Source: Macrostomum lignano
Lineage: Eukaryota
Assembly: GCA_002269645.1 (NCBI GenBank)
Contig: NIVC01003884.1
Location: forward strand, 37,748 to 71,807
Direction: 5' to 3'
Length of the DNA: 34,060 nucleotides
How positions within the stretch are numbered: position 1 is the stretch's first letter; each line of letters starts with the position of its first letter. The notes under the pieces were generated by a model, which saw only the letters and a list, made by a program, of their open reading frames with translations, did no database searches and was not told the origin of the DNA. A program made the position numbers and the translations under genes. Positions 1-11,465 of the stretch are shown here, piece after piece.

Positions 1-345
1 CCTAATCTCTCCTTTAATCTCTGCCTTATCTCTCCATAAACTCCCCCTAATCTCGCATTTAATCTCTCCCTTAATCTCACCTTTCATCTCTTCCGTGTTC
101 TTTACCCTAATCTCCCCCTTAATCTCTCATACTCTCTCCTTCAATCTCTCCCTCAATCTCTTCCTTAAACTCGCCCTTACTCTCTCCATTTATTAGTCCC
201 TTAATCTCTCCATTTATTAATCCCTTAATCTCTCCATTTATCTCTTTCTTCCCGTAATCTTTCCCTTAATCCACAATTCACCTGTATCTCTACTTTAATC
301 TCTCTAATCCCTAAACTCTTTTTCTGCTTCTATTAATTTATTTCT
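1..345. repeat. Degenerate pyrimidine-rich repeat (CCTTAATCTCTC-like units)
   Basis: Recurrent ccttaatctctc / ccctaatctc motifs with almost no G; runs off the window start. Confidence 0.85.
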
Positions 346-856
346 TCATCTCTCCCTTTCATCTTGCCAGAGTAGCCACTGGGGGGGAGTTGCTGGCAGA
401 AGAGTCGACTTACGAGACCTGAGCGTTACCTTGGCTTGGATTAGAAAAGCTTTGTTGAGCTCGCAGTCATATTGGGTAAACAGATGAAGCTCTGGCTTAA
501 AAGCTTTTCCAAGATCTCTGTTTGTCTTCTTCACTGGTGGCTTCCGCGCACTCGGTGATTAATTGGTCTCAAAAATGTGATTGAAAACTGTGGCTGACAG
601 AGGCTTGGCACTTTGCCAAACTCCGCCTGCACTTTCGGCTTCCGCTGTTCGACTGCCGGAGCCGATCGACTTTTCACCCCAGGGCTCGAATCTCTTCCCC
701 TGCTGCTATCCCCGTTCTCATCTTGTCTTCATCACGACTGCAGCTTCCTAATTACACACTTCGCGTGCAGTGCCGGCCCCGTGTCCTCCTGAGCTGCACT
801 TTTATGGCTTATTAATAAGAGCATGCTTGTACTTTTATTTGATTGATAAATAAGAG

Positions 857-948
<92 letters not shown>
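857..948. repeat. (TAGA)n microsatellite
   Basis: About 23 perfect TAGA units. Confidence 0.98.
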
Positions 949-949
<1 letters not shown>

Positions 950-990
950 GCAGACACTAATGCAGACACTAATGCAGACACTAATGCAGA
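948..990. repeat. 12-bp tandem repeat (ATGCAGACACTA) x3.5
   Basis: Read directly; lies just upstream of the AK8 splice acceptor. Confidence 0.9.
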
Positions 991-1011
991 CCCTACGCAC
1001 CGCCACCCCAG

Positions 1012-1338
1012 GGTGTTCTTCATGGAGCTGGGCAACGCACAGGTGCTGGAGCGGCTGACCAACCGCATGACGGACCCGGTGACGGGCCGCCGCTACCAGA
1101 GCATCTACGACCCGCCGACCGACGCGCAGGTGAAGGAGCGGCTGATGCAGCACCGCGCGACACCGAGGCCGAAGTCAACCGACGCCTGTCGCGATATTCA
1201 ACATTCCGCGAGGAGCTTCGCGATTTCTACGCCTCGAAGTCGCTCGCGCTGGACGTCAACTGCGACCAGGACGTGGAGACCGTGTTCGAGACGCTGGAGA
1301 GCCACATCGTGACTCCGCTGCCAAAGAACTTCGATTGA
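1012..1338 (+). CDS. AK8: Adenylate kinase 8-like, terminal coding exon (1-nt frameshift near 1154)
   Basis: Acceptor ccccag|G at 1010-1011. Translation RVFFMELGNAQVLERLTNRMTDPVTGRRYQSIYDPPTDAQVKERLMQH, then after a -1 shift (P)RDTEAEVNRRLSRYSTFREELRDFYASKSLALDVNCDQDVETVFETLESHIVTPLPKNFD*. This matches the AK8 C-terminus as I recall it (RVFF..ERL..R..DPVTG.RY..Y.PP; GDQD..TVFE.IES.I..PLPK). Upstream exons were not found in the window. Confidence 0.82.
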   Translation, partial: GVLHGAGQRTGAGAADQPHDGPGDGPPLPEHLRPADRRAGEGAADAAPRDTEAEVNRRLSRYSTFREELRDFYASKSLALDVNCDQDVETVFETLESHIVTPLPKNFD

Positions 1339-1473
1339 TGGAGTCGTTCGAAGGTGTTTTTGCTAAGCCGACTCGGTCCGGGCCGTCACGGACTGTTTTA
1401 TTCATATAATAACTCGACTGTTTTTCTACTTTTTACGTGAACTGCCTTGAATTGCTTGGTTTTGTTTTTTGAG

Positions 1474-1479
1474 AATAAA
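1474..1479 (+). promoter_or_regulatory. Putative polyadenylation signal of AK8-like gene
   Basis: AATAAA about 135 nt after the TGA. Confidence 0.55.
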
Positions 1480-1552
1480 TAAAACCCATTAGGTAATTAT
1501 GCGCTCTTTTCCAGACTGATTGCTGAAGACATCAACTTCACTGATTCACTGC

Positions 1553-2030
<478 letters not shown>

Positions 2031-2454
2031 GAAATTGAGTTCATTTCGGCAAGAAGCTCAGACACGGCAGCCATAAACGGCTCGCAGCTGATCTATGCCC
2101 GCCATAATTAGCCGCATTCGCCCTCACAAGAGCCCCCCACAAAAGGCTGCTTCGCAAAAGCCGCAGGGTGCGAATGGGGAAGGATTATCCCAATTGCCGG
2201 ACTCGTAAAAGATTTCCCCTTTGATCAGCGGATGCGCGGAGAACCCGCCAAGAAGGCCAAGCAGAGGCGAATGCCAGCCCGCGCTGAGTGAAGATTTTCG
2301 CCCTGGGCTGAAAAACCAAAATTTGATATTCAGGCGAATCGCCACTTTTGAAGTTTTCTTTAATCTGATTTGTGCTTTGATCCATTCTCTAAGCCGCATC
2401 TTGGCACCGGAATATCGGCGGTGCATACTATTGTATATGCAGCGCAGTAAGGTG

Positions 2455-3592
2455 CTGTAGATAGGCACTGTAGATAGACACTGTAGATAGACACTGTAGA
2501 TAGACACTGTAGATAGACACTGTAGATAGACACTGTAGATAGACACTGTAGATAGACACTGTAGATAGACACTGTAGATAGACACTGTAGATAGACACTG
2601 TAGATAGACACTGTAGACAGACACTGTAGATAGACACTGTAGATAACACTGTAGATAGGCACTGTAGATAGACACTGTAGATAGACAGTGTAGATAGACA
2701 CTGTAGACAGGCACTGTAGATAGACACTGTTGATAGACACTGTAGATAGACACTGTAGATAGACACTGTAGATAGACACTGTAGACACTGTAGACACTGT
2801 AGATAGACACTGTAGATAGGCACTGTAGATAGACACTGTAGATAGACACTGTAGATAGACACTGTAGATAGACACTGTAGATAGACACTGTAGATAGACA
2901 CTGTAGATAGACACTGTAGATAGACACTGTAGATAGACACTGTAGATAGACACTGTAGATAGACACTGTAGATAGACAGTGTAGATAGACACTGTAGATA
3001 GACAGTGTAGATAGACACTGTAGATAGACACTGTAGATAGACACTGTAGATAGACACTGTAGATAGACACTGTAGATAGACACTGTAGATAGACACTGTA
3101 GATAGACACTGTAGATAGACACTGTAGATAGGCACTGTAGATAGACACTGTAGATAGACACTGTAGATAGACAGACACTGTAGATAGACACTGTAGATAG
3201 ACACTGTAGATAGACACTGTAGATAGACACTGTAGATAGACACTGTAGATAGACACTGTAGATAGACACTGTAGATAGTCACCGTAGATAGACACTGTAG
3301 ATAGACACTGTAGATAGACACTGTAGATAGACACTGTAGATAGACACTGTAGATAGACACTGTAGATAGACACTGTAGATAGACACTGTAGATAGACACT
3401 GTAGATAGACACTGTAGATAGACACTGTAGATAGACACTGTAGATAGACACTGTAGATAGACACTGTAGATAGACACTGTAGATAGACACTGTAGATAGA
3501 CACTGTAGATAGACACTGTAAATAGACACTGTAGATAGACACTGTAGATAGACAGTGTAGATAGACACTGTAGATAGACACTGTAGATAGAC
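2455..3592. repeat. 13-bp minisatellite (TGTAGATAGACAC), about 87 copies
   Basis: Period read directly; the ORF track shows a 13-aa period, equal to 3 units. Confidence 0.97.
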
Positions 3593-4067
3593 TATATTCA
3601 GCGGCTATAGAGTCCATCAAGTACTCAGTATCTGTCAGCACAGCTGATTGATCTCCGAACAGCCAGGGTCAACAAGAGCAGCAGCTCAGCCAGCTGTCAA
3701 TAAGACATCGACCAGGAAGTGGGCGAGTTCTGCATACAGAGCTACTCGACGCGCTGTGCGTGACTCCGCGGAGCGACTCGCTCCCGCTGTAACCTCCGGG
3801 CCCTACAATTTGAAGCCTAGTCCGGTCCGCGCGTTCACCGCAAGAGGCTGGATTGCATGCCTGAGGCCTCGAGTTCGCGAGCCCTACCAGAATAATTAGA
3901 GAGTCTGCAGGACTGGCAGCCACTGATAAGGGGAGATTTTCCATTGCTGCTGAAATTATCAGAAGGCCTTCCACTATCTGAATCTGAATGAGCAGTTCAC
4001 TGGAGTCTCGATTCACCAGTGCTTAAACATTCTGGTGTCAACATGAGAACGATGCGTATGCTTGGAT

Positions 4068-4097
4068 AAGCACGCAGTCATACGCGCAGGCAGACAC
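4068..4097 (-). mobile_element. SINE 3'-end remnant
   Basis: aagcacgcagtcatacgcgcaggcagacac closely matches aaacacgcagtcatacgcacaggcacacac at the SINE end near 28779-28808. Confidence 0.55.
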
Positions 4098-4109
4098 AAA
4101 AAGGTTAAA

Positions 4110-4580
4110 CAACCAATCAAAACCCTAACCAAAACCAACCTAAACAAAACCCTGACCAAAACTCTAACCAACACCCTAACCAAAACCCTAACCAACACCC
4201 TAACCAACACCCTAACCAACACCCTAATCAAAACCCTAACCAACACCCTAACCAAAACCCTAACCAACACCCTAATCAAAACCCTAACCAACACCCTAAC
4301 CAAAACCCTAACCAACACCCTAATCAAAACCCTAACCAACACCCTAATCAAAACCCTAACCAAAACCCTAACCAACACCCTAATCAAAACCCTAACCAAC
4401 ACCCTAACCAAAACCCTAACCAACACCCTAATCAAAACCCTAACCAACACCCTAACCAACACCCTAACCAAAACCCTAACCAAAACCCTAACCAACACCC
4501 TAACCAAAACCCTAACCAAGACCCTAACTAAAACCGTAAACAAAACCCTAAAAAACCCTAAAAAACCCTAACCAATACCC
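4110..4580. repeat. Interstitial telomere-like 12-bp repeat (CCCTAA + CCAACA/CCAAAA/TCAAAA)
   Basis: Nearly every unit contains canonical CCCTAA (TTAGGG) alternating with a variant hexamer; about 38 units. Confidence 0.9.
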
Positions 4581-5223
4581 CAATCCTGTCTCTCAGTTAT
4601 ACCTTTCGAAGACTCACTCATAAACTCTCTATTTCGACACCCCCGACTCACAGCCAGAGTCGATACAGACAGATACTTCAGGCGCATAGCGCTTGCATGC
4701 AGACACATTTAAAGGCCCATAATCGGACTCATAAAGCTTCAAAATTTCCAAAGGGGAAGGCTACTTCATACTCATAATTGCAGCTTTTACAATAGAGCAA
4801 CCATTTCTCTCTCGGTGAATGCCGACCTCCCAGGGAATCTTTGCCGACTGAGATCAATACGGTCCATTGGCTAATCTCATACCGCTCCATTGTGCGGCCA
4901 TTGCACTCGCTTGAAAATCCGCACAGCTCACAAGCAACTTGGACACTGGAGCACTCCTGTGAGCCCGGGTGCCAGTTTTATAATGCCACTTTCCCCAGAG
5001 CGGCGCCAGTGACTGACTGGCAGGGCGCAACACTTGCTGAGAAAGGGAAGAAACCCCAATGCAGCTCAATAGGAGAGTGTCGTCTGCTCACAGCTCACTT
5101 GTCAGGGCAGCCTGGCAGGTCGCGCTGTCCAATATCTGGTGCCACTCGGCACTCGGCTATGAATTTTTAATAGCCACATTTCGCCAAGCAATCTTAATGA
5201 ATGTTGTACTTATAGGCCGCTTT

Positions 5224-5623
5224 TGTATCTGGCTTAACCACGCTTTGTATCTGGCTTAACCACGCTTAGTATTTGGCTTAACCACGCTTAGTATCTGGCT
5301 TAACCAAGCTTAGTATCTGGCTTAACAACGCTTAGTATCTGGCTTAACCAAGCTTAGTATTTGGCTTAGCCACGCTTAGTATCTGGCTTAACCACGCTTA
5401 GTATCTGGCTTAACCACGCTTAGTATTTGGCTTAGCCACGCATAGTATCTGGCTTAGCCACGCTTAGTATCTGGCTTAACAACGCTTAGTATCTGGCTTA
5501 ACCAAGCTTAGTATAAGGCTTAACCAAGTTTTAGCATACGGCTTAACCAAGCTTAGTGTAAGGCTTAACCAAGCTTAGTATAAGGCTTAACCGAGCTTAG
5601 TGTAAGGCTTAATCGAGCTTAGT
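5224..5623. repeat. 22-bp minisatellite (GTATCTGGCTTAACCACGCTTA), about 18 copies
   Basis: Period read directly; units drift to gtataaggcttaaccaagctta at the right end. Confidence 0.95.
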
Positions 5624-6847
5624 AGCTCGTATAAAGGTATGGCGTATGATTAATTTTTTACTTTTCATTCGGACCCTGGGTCAGCAGTCGCTCACACTTA
5701 TACGAGCTCAAAATTCTTACGATTGCGAATATTTCGAATCGCTTTACTCCAGCACAAAACCTCTGCAGTAGTCAGTGGCATAAACTAAGGGCTTATTATT
5801 TAATATGAGTTGGCTTTTCTCTCAGCCAGCTCTCAGTTACTTGCTCAAAGGAACTCTGACATTCTCGAATATTTAATAATTTGATACGAAGCTTCAGGCA
5901 GGGAGTAAAAGTGCATGAAGAAAGGGTCAACTAAGGTCAAATATAACCTCGAATTACTTTCCTCCCTTCTCGAGCGCCAGCAAGAGAGGAGTGGCTTCCC
6001 ATTTCGCTTCATATTTTCCCAGATCCGTGCTCATTAGCATGCAGGCTCACGGTTGTTCCGGCTCTGCTTCGCCAGAGCGGACCGGCCAATGAATACATTG
6101 ATTTACCACGAAGAAAGTCAACATCTTCGTTTTGCCGATGTCTTCTTTCAGCAGCAGCAGCCAGCTGTGTAGCCAACCGCCTGGCTTCAGTTCTGCATTT
6201 TTATATTTACTGTTTGTTATACTCGATAAAATCTCGCACAGCGTTTACAAGTTTGAACAAAAATGTTTTTTTCAAATTGGTTATGAAAGAATGGTAGCTG
6301 GGGAAAAATAAATATATCTGACGTACTTCTACACGTATAGAGAAACCCTTGGCCATGGCAGGACGCTCCACCGATAGGTGCGACTGCGAGCCGTGAAAGA
6401 ATGATGAGAATCTGTTAAGTTGACAGCGATTTTTTTTTTAAATGTAAGTGAAACAACAACGGATTTGAACAAATTCAGTAACTAAAAAATGCGATGCGCG
6501 GGAGAATTCAGACACATTTGAGGCGAGATCTGCGATGCGGTAGAGTGCAGTAGATTAAGGACAGGTATTCTACTTTAGGTGTCCGTGGTAGAAGATAGCG
6601 CAGTGCTTGGATATTGCTGCTTCTGCTGCAGCTAAATTTCGCGTGGGTCTAAAACCGCATCCAAACCAGTTCGAAAAAAAATTAGTTTTAAGAATGCGAA
6701 ATTGAAGTTAAATCTGTTACAGAAGGTATAATATTATTAATATTTAAAAACGTTAATGAAGTTGGGAAAAACGGCGTACTTCATTCTTCCTACGGATAAA
6801 TTAATGGTGGGATTCGCCGGTGCTTCTAGGAATTCATATTCTCCGGC

Positions 6848-6853
6848 TTTATT
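6848..6853 (-). promoter_or_regulatory. Putative polyadenylation signal of SSUH2-like gene
   Basis: AATAAA on the minus strand about 35 nt after the stop codon. Confidence 0.55.
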
Positions 6854-6887
6854 AACGACCATGCAGCGATCTTATTTGTTACTTCAC

Positions 6888-7242
6888 TCACAGCACGGCG
6901 CAGCTGGAGCGCGCCAACTGGGGACAGAAGCACTTTTGTTCGTTGCCGTAGATCCACAGGGTGCCGTTTCGACCACGCCAGGTGTAATCTACCTGAGTCA
7001 CGGGCACCGCGTGCAGCACCTGGCGCTGGCGCAGGATTCGAGCCTCGGTGCGTTTTGCCTGCTCGGCGTGATAATCCAGCATGGCCTGGGACAGCTGGCG
7101 CACCTCCTTGGAGAACTGCGTCAGCGGGAGGCCCTCCGCGGCCGAGTCGGTCTCGTGCAGCAGGACGCCGGTGACCTTCGACAGGCGACTCTCCAGCAGG
7201 TCCATGCGCTCGCACATCAGCTGGTTGGACGAGATGCTGTCG
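6888..7242 (-). CDS. SSUH2: SSUH2-like protein, exon 4 (terminal; ends in CaaX motif CAVL)
   Basis: Acceptor cattccag|C; the phase-2 join gives VRF-DSISSNQLMCE...ARILRQRQVLHAVPVTQVDYTWRGRNGTLWIYGNEQKCFCPQLARSSCAVL*, matching the SSUH2 C-terminus as recalled (RVLQQRQTIELIPLTEVHY...YIYG...CTIV). Confidence 0.85.
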
Positions 7243-7306
7243 CTGGAATGATGACAGCGATTTGATTGAATCGACGCGGGCGAAAGATTAAAGAAAAAAT
7301 AGTGAA

Positions 7307-7917
7307 CCAAGCTACATCTCCCGAAGATCCAAGCTACAACAGTCTTAAACACACCAAGCTACATCTCCCGAAACCCCAAGCTACAACAGTCTTAAACACA
7401 CCAAGCTACATCTCCCGAAGCCCCAAGCTACAACAGTCTTAAACACACCAAGCTACATCTCCCGAAGCCCTAAGCTACGACAGTCTTAAACACACCAAGC
7501 TACATCTCCCGAAACCCCAAGCTACGACAGTCTTAAACACACCAAGCTACATCTCCCGAAACCCCAAGCTACGACAGTCTTAAACACACCAAGCTACATC
7601 TCCCGAAGCCCCAAGCTACGACAGTCTTAAACACACCAAGCTACATCTCCCGAAGCCTCAAGCTACGACAGTCTTAAACACACCAAGCTACATCTCCCGA
7701 AACCCCAAGCTACGACAGTCTTAAACACACCAAGCTACATCTCCCGAAACCCCAAGCTACGACAGTCTTAAACACACCAAGCTACATCTCCCGAAACCCC
7801 AAGCTACGACAGTCTTAAACACACCAAGCTACATCTCCCGAAACCCCAAGCTACGACAGTCTTAAACACACCAAGCTATATCCCACGAAACCCCGAAACC
7901 CTAAGCTACGACAATCT
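7307..7917. repeat. 47-bp minisatellite, about 13 copies, in SSUH2 intron 3
   Basis: Unit ccaagctacatctcccgaaaccccaagctacgacagtcttaaacaca; contains CCAAGCTAC twice, suggesting a dimeric origin. Confidence 0.97.
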
Positions 7918-7945
7918 GTTCAGTTCACATAAACTGAAAACTCAC

Positions 7946-8409
7946 AATCGGACGGTGAGCTGCATGTAGCGCTGCAGTTTGCCCTTTCCCAGGCAGGCCT
8001 TGCAGTGCAGGTGGCCGACCCCGGTGCAGTAGGGGCAGCCGTACTCCCCGGTCTCGTTGCACTCGTGACACGCGTGCCGGCCGTACACCGCCTGCGACGG
8101 AAACTCCAGTCGGCGGCTGCCAGGCCCGGCGAAGTCACCGCCGAAGCAGGTATCGCAGTCGGCGCGGCCGCTGCCGTGACAGGCGACGCACACCTGCCAG
8201 CCGCGCCCGTTGCAGGCGGAGCAGAGGATCACCCTGGCCGTGCCCGGGATGGCCACGCGCTGCTCGGAGCTCTCGAACGGCCTGCCGCCCGGTCGGCACT
8301 CGATGTCCCACAGCGACTGCGGGAACTGCCGGCAGGCGTTCTTCAAGTTCTCTAGCGGCTCCACGGCCGAGTGAACGTTGCGGGTCTCGACGTACGTGTC
8401 TAGCGAGTA
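7946..8409 (-). CDS. SSUH2: SSUH2-like protein, exon 3 (CxxCxGxG zinc-finger repeats)
   Basis: Acceptor gtccgcag|TAC, donor CGATT|gtgagt. YSLDTYVETR...LWDIEC...CSACNGRGWQVCVACHGSGRADCDTC...CHECNETGEYGCPYCTGVGHLHCKACLGKGKLQRYMQLTVR. Confidence 0.88.
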
Positions 8410-8817
8410 CTGCGGACAGCGGGCAGGCTTGAGCTCTCAGACTCCGAATGCACTCCTCAAAATCTCCCATAACTTTGAGAGCTTTAATCTCTTTGGTAAT
8501 GAGGCATCGAAAGCAGAGAAATTTTACATTCGTCTTAATTCTCTACTGCAGAGACTCGTCCATCATCTATCATTTTTCAAGCTCTAAAGTGATGTCGTTC
8601 ATGTGAAATTTCCCTTGAGAGGCGACGAGCTAGCCAAGTGGCAAAGTGACTGGTTGGCCGCATTACCCCCTCCCGAGTTGTTATAAAATTTACGACGAAA
8701 AGTAAACCCGGAAATTCCGAAGAACCTTGCACCCCACTGAACTTGATGTATCTCTCTATTCTAATCTGGTATTCCACCTGAACCAGTGCGGCTGTGCAAC
8801 CCGCAGACTCCACCAAC

Positions 8818-8947
8818 CTGGAAAGCCCTCCGCTGGCTGATATTCCGGAATTTAATCTCTTTGATCTTGCCGCCGCACAGCAGGAAGTGCCTCCTGGCCC
8901 AGGCCTTCAAAGCGAGCCGGCACTCGTCTTCAGTGGCGGGGCTCAGA
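8818..8947 (-). CDS. SSUH2: SSUH2-like protein, exon 2
   Basis: Acceptor aacttgcag|T, donor TTCCAG|gttggt (phase 0, matches exon 3). LSPATEDECRLALKAWARRHFLLCGGKIKEIKFRNISQRRAFQ resembles SSUH2 TEEVAREAL... Confidence 0.8.
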
Positions 8948-9915
8948 CTGCAAGTTTGATTAAATGAGGGTTGAGCGCAGGTGAAAATTACTGTTAAACA
9001 AATTAATAACATATAGGCTAATTATAGGTAGCATTAGTTACGTGTCCTACAGTAGAGAACTCAAATTAGATTTGCTTTTCATCTGAACAACTGCGAGTTG
9101 ACAAAAATAATCCCTCTGAAAAGTGAAACCAATTTTCAGTCGCTAGCAACAAAGGGTGACAGAAAGCTACCCTTAAAAATAGCTGTAACTGCACACAGCT
9201 CGCCTAACGAGAGCAGGAGCGGCTCACAGTGAGGAAAAACACGGAGTAGAAGACGGAACAGAGAGGGCTGGCCTACAACTGCCTACACGCCCTCACTGGG
9301 AGCCCCAGCTGTTGGTTGTCAAAGCAACACCGACAGAGTAGAGAGGGGAGATGCAAAAGCCTGAGCATGCACGGCCGCAGGAAATTGGCTTTGAGTTGCT
9401 CAAGAGAGTACAAATCCAGCGCACGCGCCTCTCGCATGCCTTCATTCCCTATTCAAAAGTTCCCAACTCAGATCTCCGGTTCTCGTGCGCCTAAGGGAAG
9501 GACATTGCGTAGCAAACGGGTACTCTTCAAAATAGTGAAAAACATTTTCCCTAGTATAGTAGAGAGAGAAGTAGGGGACACCGGAATCCAGTTCATTCCA
9601 GTTGACACGGTCGCGGTTTGAGGGGGTGGCGCGGCGACTGTGTTTATTACGACTGGGGGCGTGGCGTGCGGTCCTGGGGCTGGACGGGATTGATGGCCCC
9701 GGAATGGTGGATTTTTTTCATTTTTTGCTTGCGGAGAGCTCGGCCCGCCCACCACCCTGGGAGCGGAAGCGGCACTGTTTGCCAAGCCGGCAGCCAAGAG
9801 TACTTATTCGGTACAGACCCCCGACCAGGCTGATGCAGCTCAACTGCTTGCACAATATTGCGCAATGTCTCTATTGAGTCAGAGTAGTGCAAGAACTGCT
9901 ACACGCTTTCAGAAA

Positions 9916-9990
9916 CAACCAACCAACCAACCAACCAACCAACCAACCAACCAACCAACCAACCAACCAACCAACCAAACCAACCAACCA
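9916..9990. repeat. (AACC)n microsatellite in SSUH2 intron 1
   Basis: About 18 AACC units. Confidence 0.95.
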
Positions 9991-10046
9991 ATTAGCTAAC
10001 CAAACAATAAAACAAGCAAAAAACTAAAAAGGCAGCCAAGCATCAC

Positions 10047-10273
10047 CTGCACAACGCGGCACCAAAGCAGGACTCATTAGCCGAGGTGGTGCTCATCAGG
10101 GACTCCGCACAGGACACCCGGTAGTCGGGCAGTCGCAGGTTGTTATCGAAGTCGCCGCAGCCGGAGTCGCAGTCGTCGTCTTCCGCTTCGTCGTCCCGCT
10201 GGAAGGAGATTTTTCGTCTGCCTCGGCGTTCCACGATGCCGCAGTCGAGGTTGTCAAAGTTTGGCGACTCCAT
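10047..10273 (-). CDS. SSUH2: SSUH2-like protein, probable exon 1 (acidic N-terminus)
   Basis: gccATGG start context; donor TGCAG|gtgatg is phase 2, matching the exon 2 acceptor. Four exons total 227+130+464+355 = 1176 nt, an open 391-aa frame. Assignment rests on phase and codon style, not on recognised homology. Confidence 0.62.
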
Positions 10274-10811
10274 GGCAGCAGGCGTCTTCTGTTCTCAACT
10301 GGCTCAAAATCCTCTGGCCTCCCTCGCTGCGAATTCATTCAGATTCCCTTTTTATTGGGGAAATCGCTCCGTGCAATGGGCGGTGCGTGAGTGGGAGGGT
10401 GCACGCCGGCCAGGGAGAATAGCGGAGGAACTTGGGGTGGGCGTCCGGTCGGTTGCTGGGCGGGTCCCGGGGCGGTTTCTGGCAATTTGCGTACCTACCC
10501 TCTCTCGGGGCAAGGCGGCTCTGCACTCCCCAAGCCTACACCGCGCACTGAAGGAGGAAGGGAGCCAATTGACAGGGGGAAACCCGCCAATCTGAGGGCA
10601 ACGCTATCACTGACGGGGCAAGTGCACTACAATGTAGTTAGAACGCTCGTGGCCTCAGCTGTTTAAACACTAAGTCCTCTACTATAGTGGAATGTGAAAA
10701 TTAACTTATGAAAATGAAATAAATTAAAATTCCCTTAAGTATAGTTATAAAATCGTTTTTCAACTTTACAGCGTTATTTTGAACTACCGCAGATACAAAA
10801 ACTGGAAACAA

Positions 10812-11465
10812 ATCTAGATCTTTACATCCTTTATCTAGACCTCCACATCCCCAAGCTAGATCTCCACATCCCCTATCTAGATCTCCACATCCCCCATTAA
10901 TTATAGATCTCCGGGTCCAAGATCTCCACATCCTCAATCTAAAATACGAGCTCGTAGATTTCCACATCCCCAATCGGCATCGACAGGAAGATTTTGACAT
11001 CCCCAATCGGCATCGACAGGAAGATTTTGACATCCCCAATCGGCATCGACAGGAAGATTTTGACATCCCCAATCGGCATCGACAGGAAGATTTTGACATC
11101 CCCAATCGGCATCGACAGGAAGATTTTGACATCCCCAATCGGCATCGACAGGAAGATTTTGACATCCCCAATCGGCATCGACAGGAAGATTTTGACATCC
11201 CCAATCGACATGCAGATCTCGACATCCCCAATCGACATGCAGATCTCGACATCCCCAATCGACATGCAGATCTCGACATCCCCAATCGACATGCAGATCT
11301 CGACATCCCCAATCGACATGCAGATCTCGACATGCCCAATCGAAATGCAGATCTCGACATGCCCAATCGACATGCAGATCTCGACATCCCCAATCGACAT
11401 GCAGATCTCGACATCCCCAATCGACATGCAGATCTCGACATCCCCAATCGACATGTAGATCAGCA
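10812..11465. repeat. Compound minisatellite: about 4 degenerate 21-bp, 7 x 33-bp and about 9.5 x 27-bp units sharing an ACATCCCC core
   Basis: 33-mer ggcatcgacaggaagattttgacatccccaatc; 27-mer gacatgcagatctcgacatccccaatc; 21-mer tctagatctccacatcccc-like. Confidence 0.93.

Noticed and set aside
2124-2450. Non-repetitive end of the minus-strand ORF (HPLIKGEIFYESGNWDNPSPF...)
   Set aside because: No recognisable family and no convincing splice sites.
3600-3960. Minus-strand G-patch-like (RGL..I.P.....RTGLGF) and ALVDPG protease-like motifs suggesting an LTR remnant
   Set aside because: Several stops, short motifs, and no RT, integrase or LTR nearby; cannot be distinguished from chance.
6100-6192. 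Possible minus-strand exon RTEARRLATQLAAAAERRHRQNEDVDFLR
   Set aside because: The acceptor lacks a pyrimidine tract, no partner exons were found, and no homology was recognised.
6756-8355. Plus-strand ORFs overlapping SSUH2 exons, and those overlapping the protease (30256-31310) and LINE
   Set aside because: Antisense shadows of GC-rich coding sequence.
9468-9797. Pro/Ala-rich 109-aa ORF in SSUH2 intron 1
   Set aside because: TTG start and no clear splice sites; the 4-exon model is already in frame without it.
10092-10099. CTGATGAG hammerhead-like core on the minus strand
   Set aside because: No GAAA element or stems; it lies inside the SSUH2 exon 1 coding frame.
10934-10936. TGA at a Trp position as a sign of an alternative genetic code
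   Set aside because: Single instance; the AK8 and SSUH2 genes end in TGA and use TGG for Trp, consistent with the standard code.
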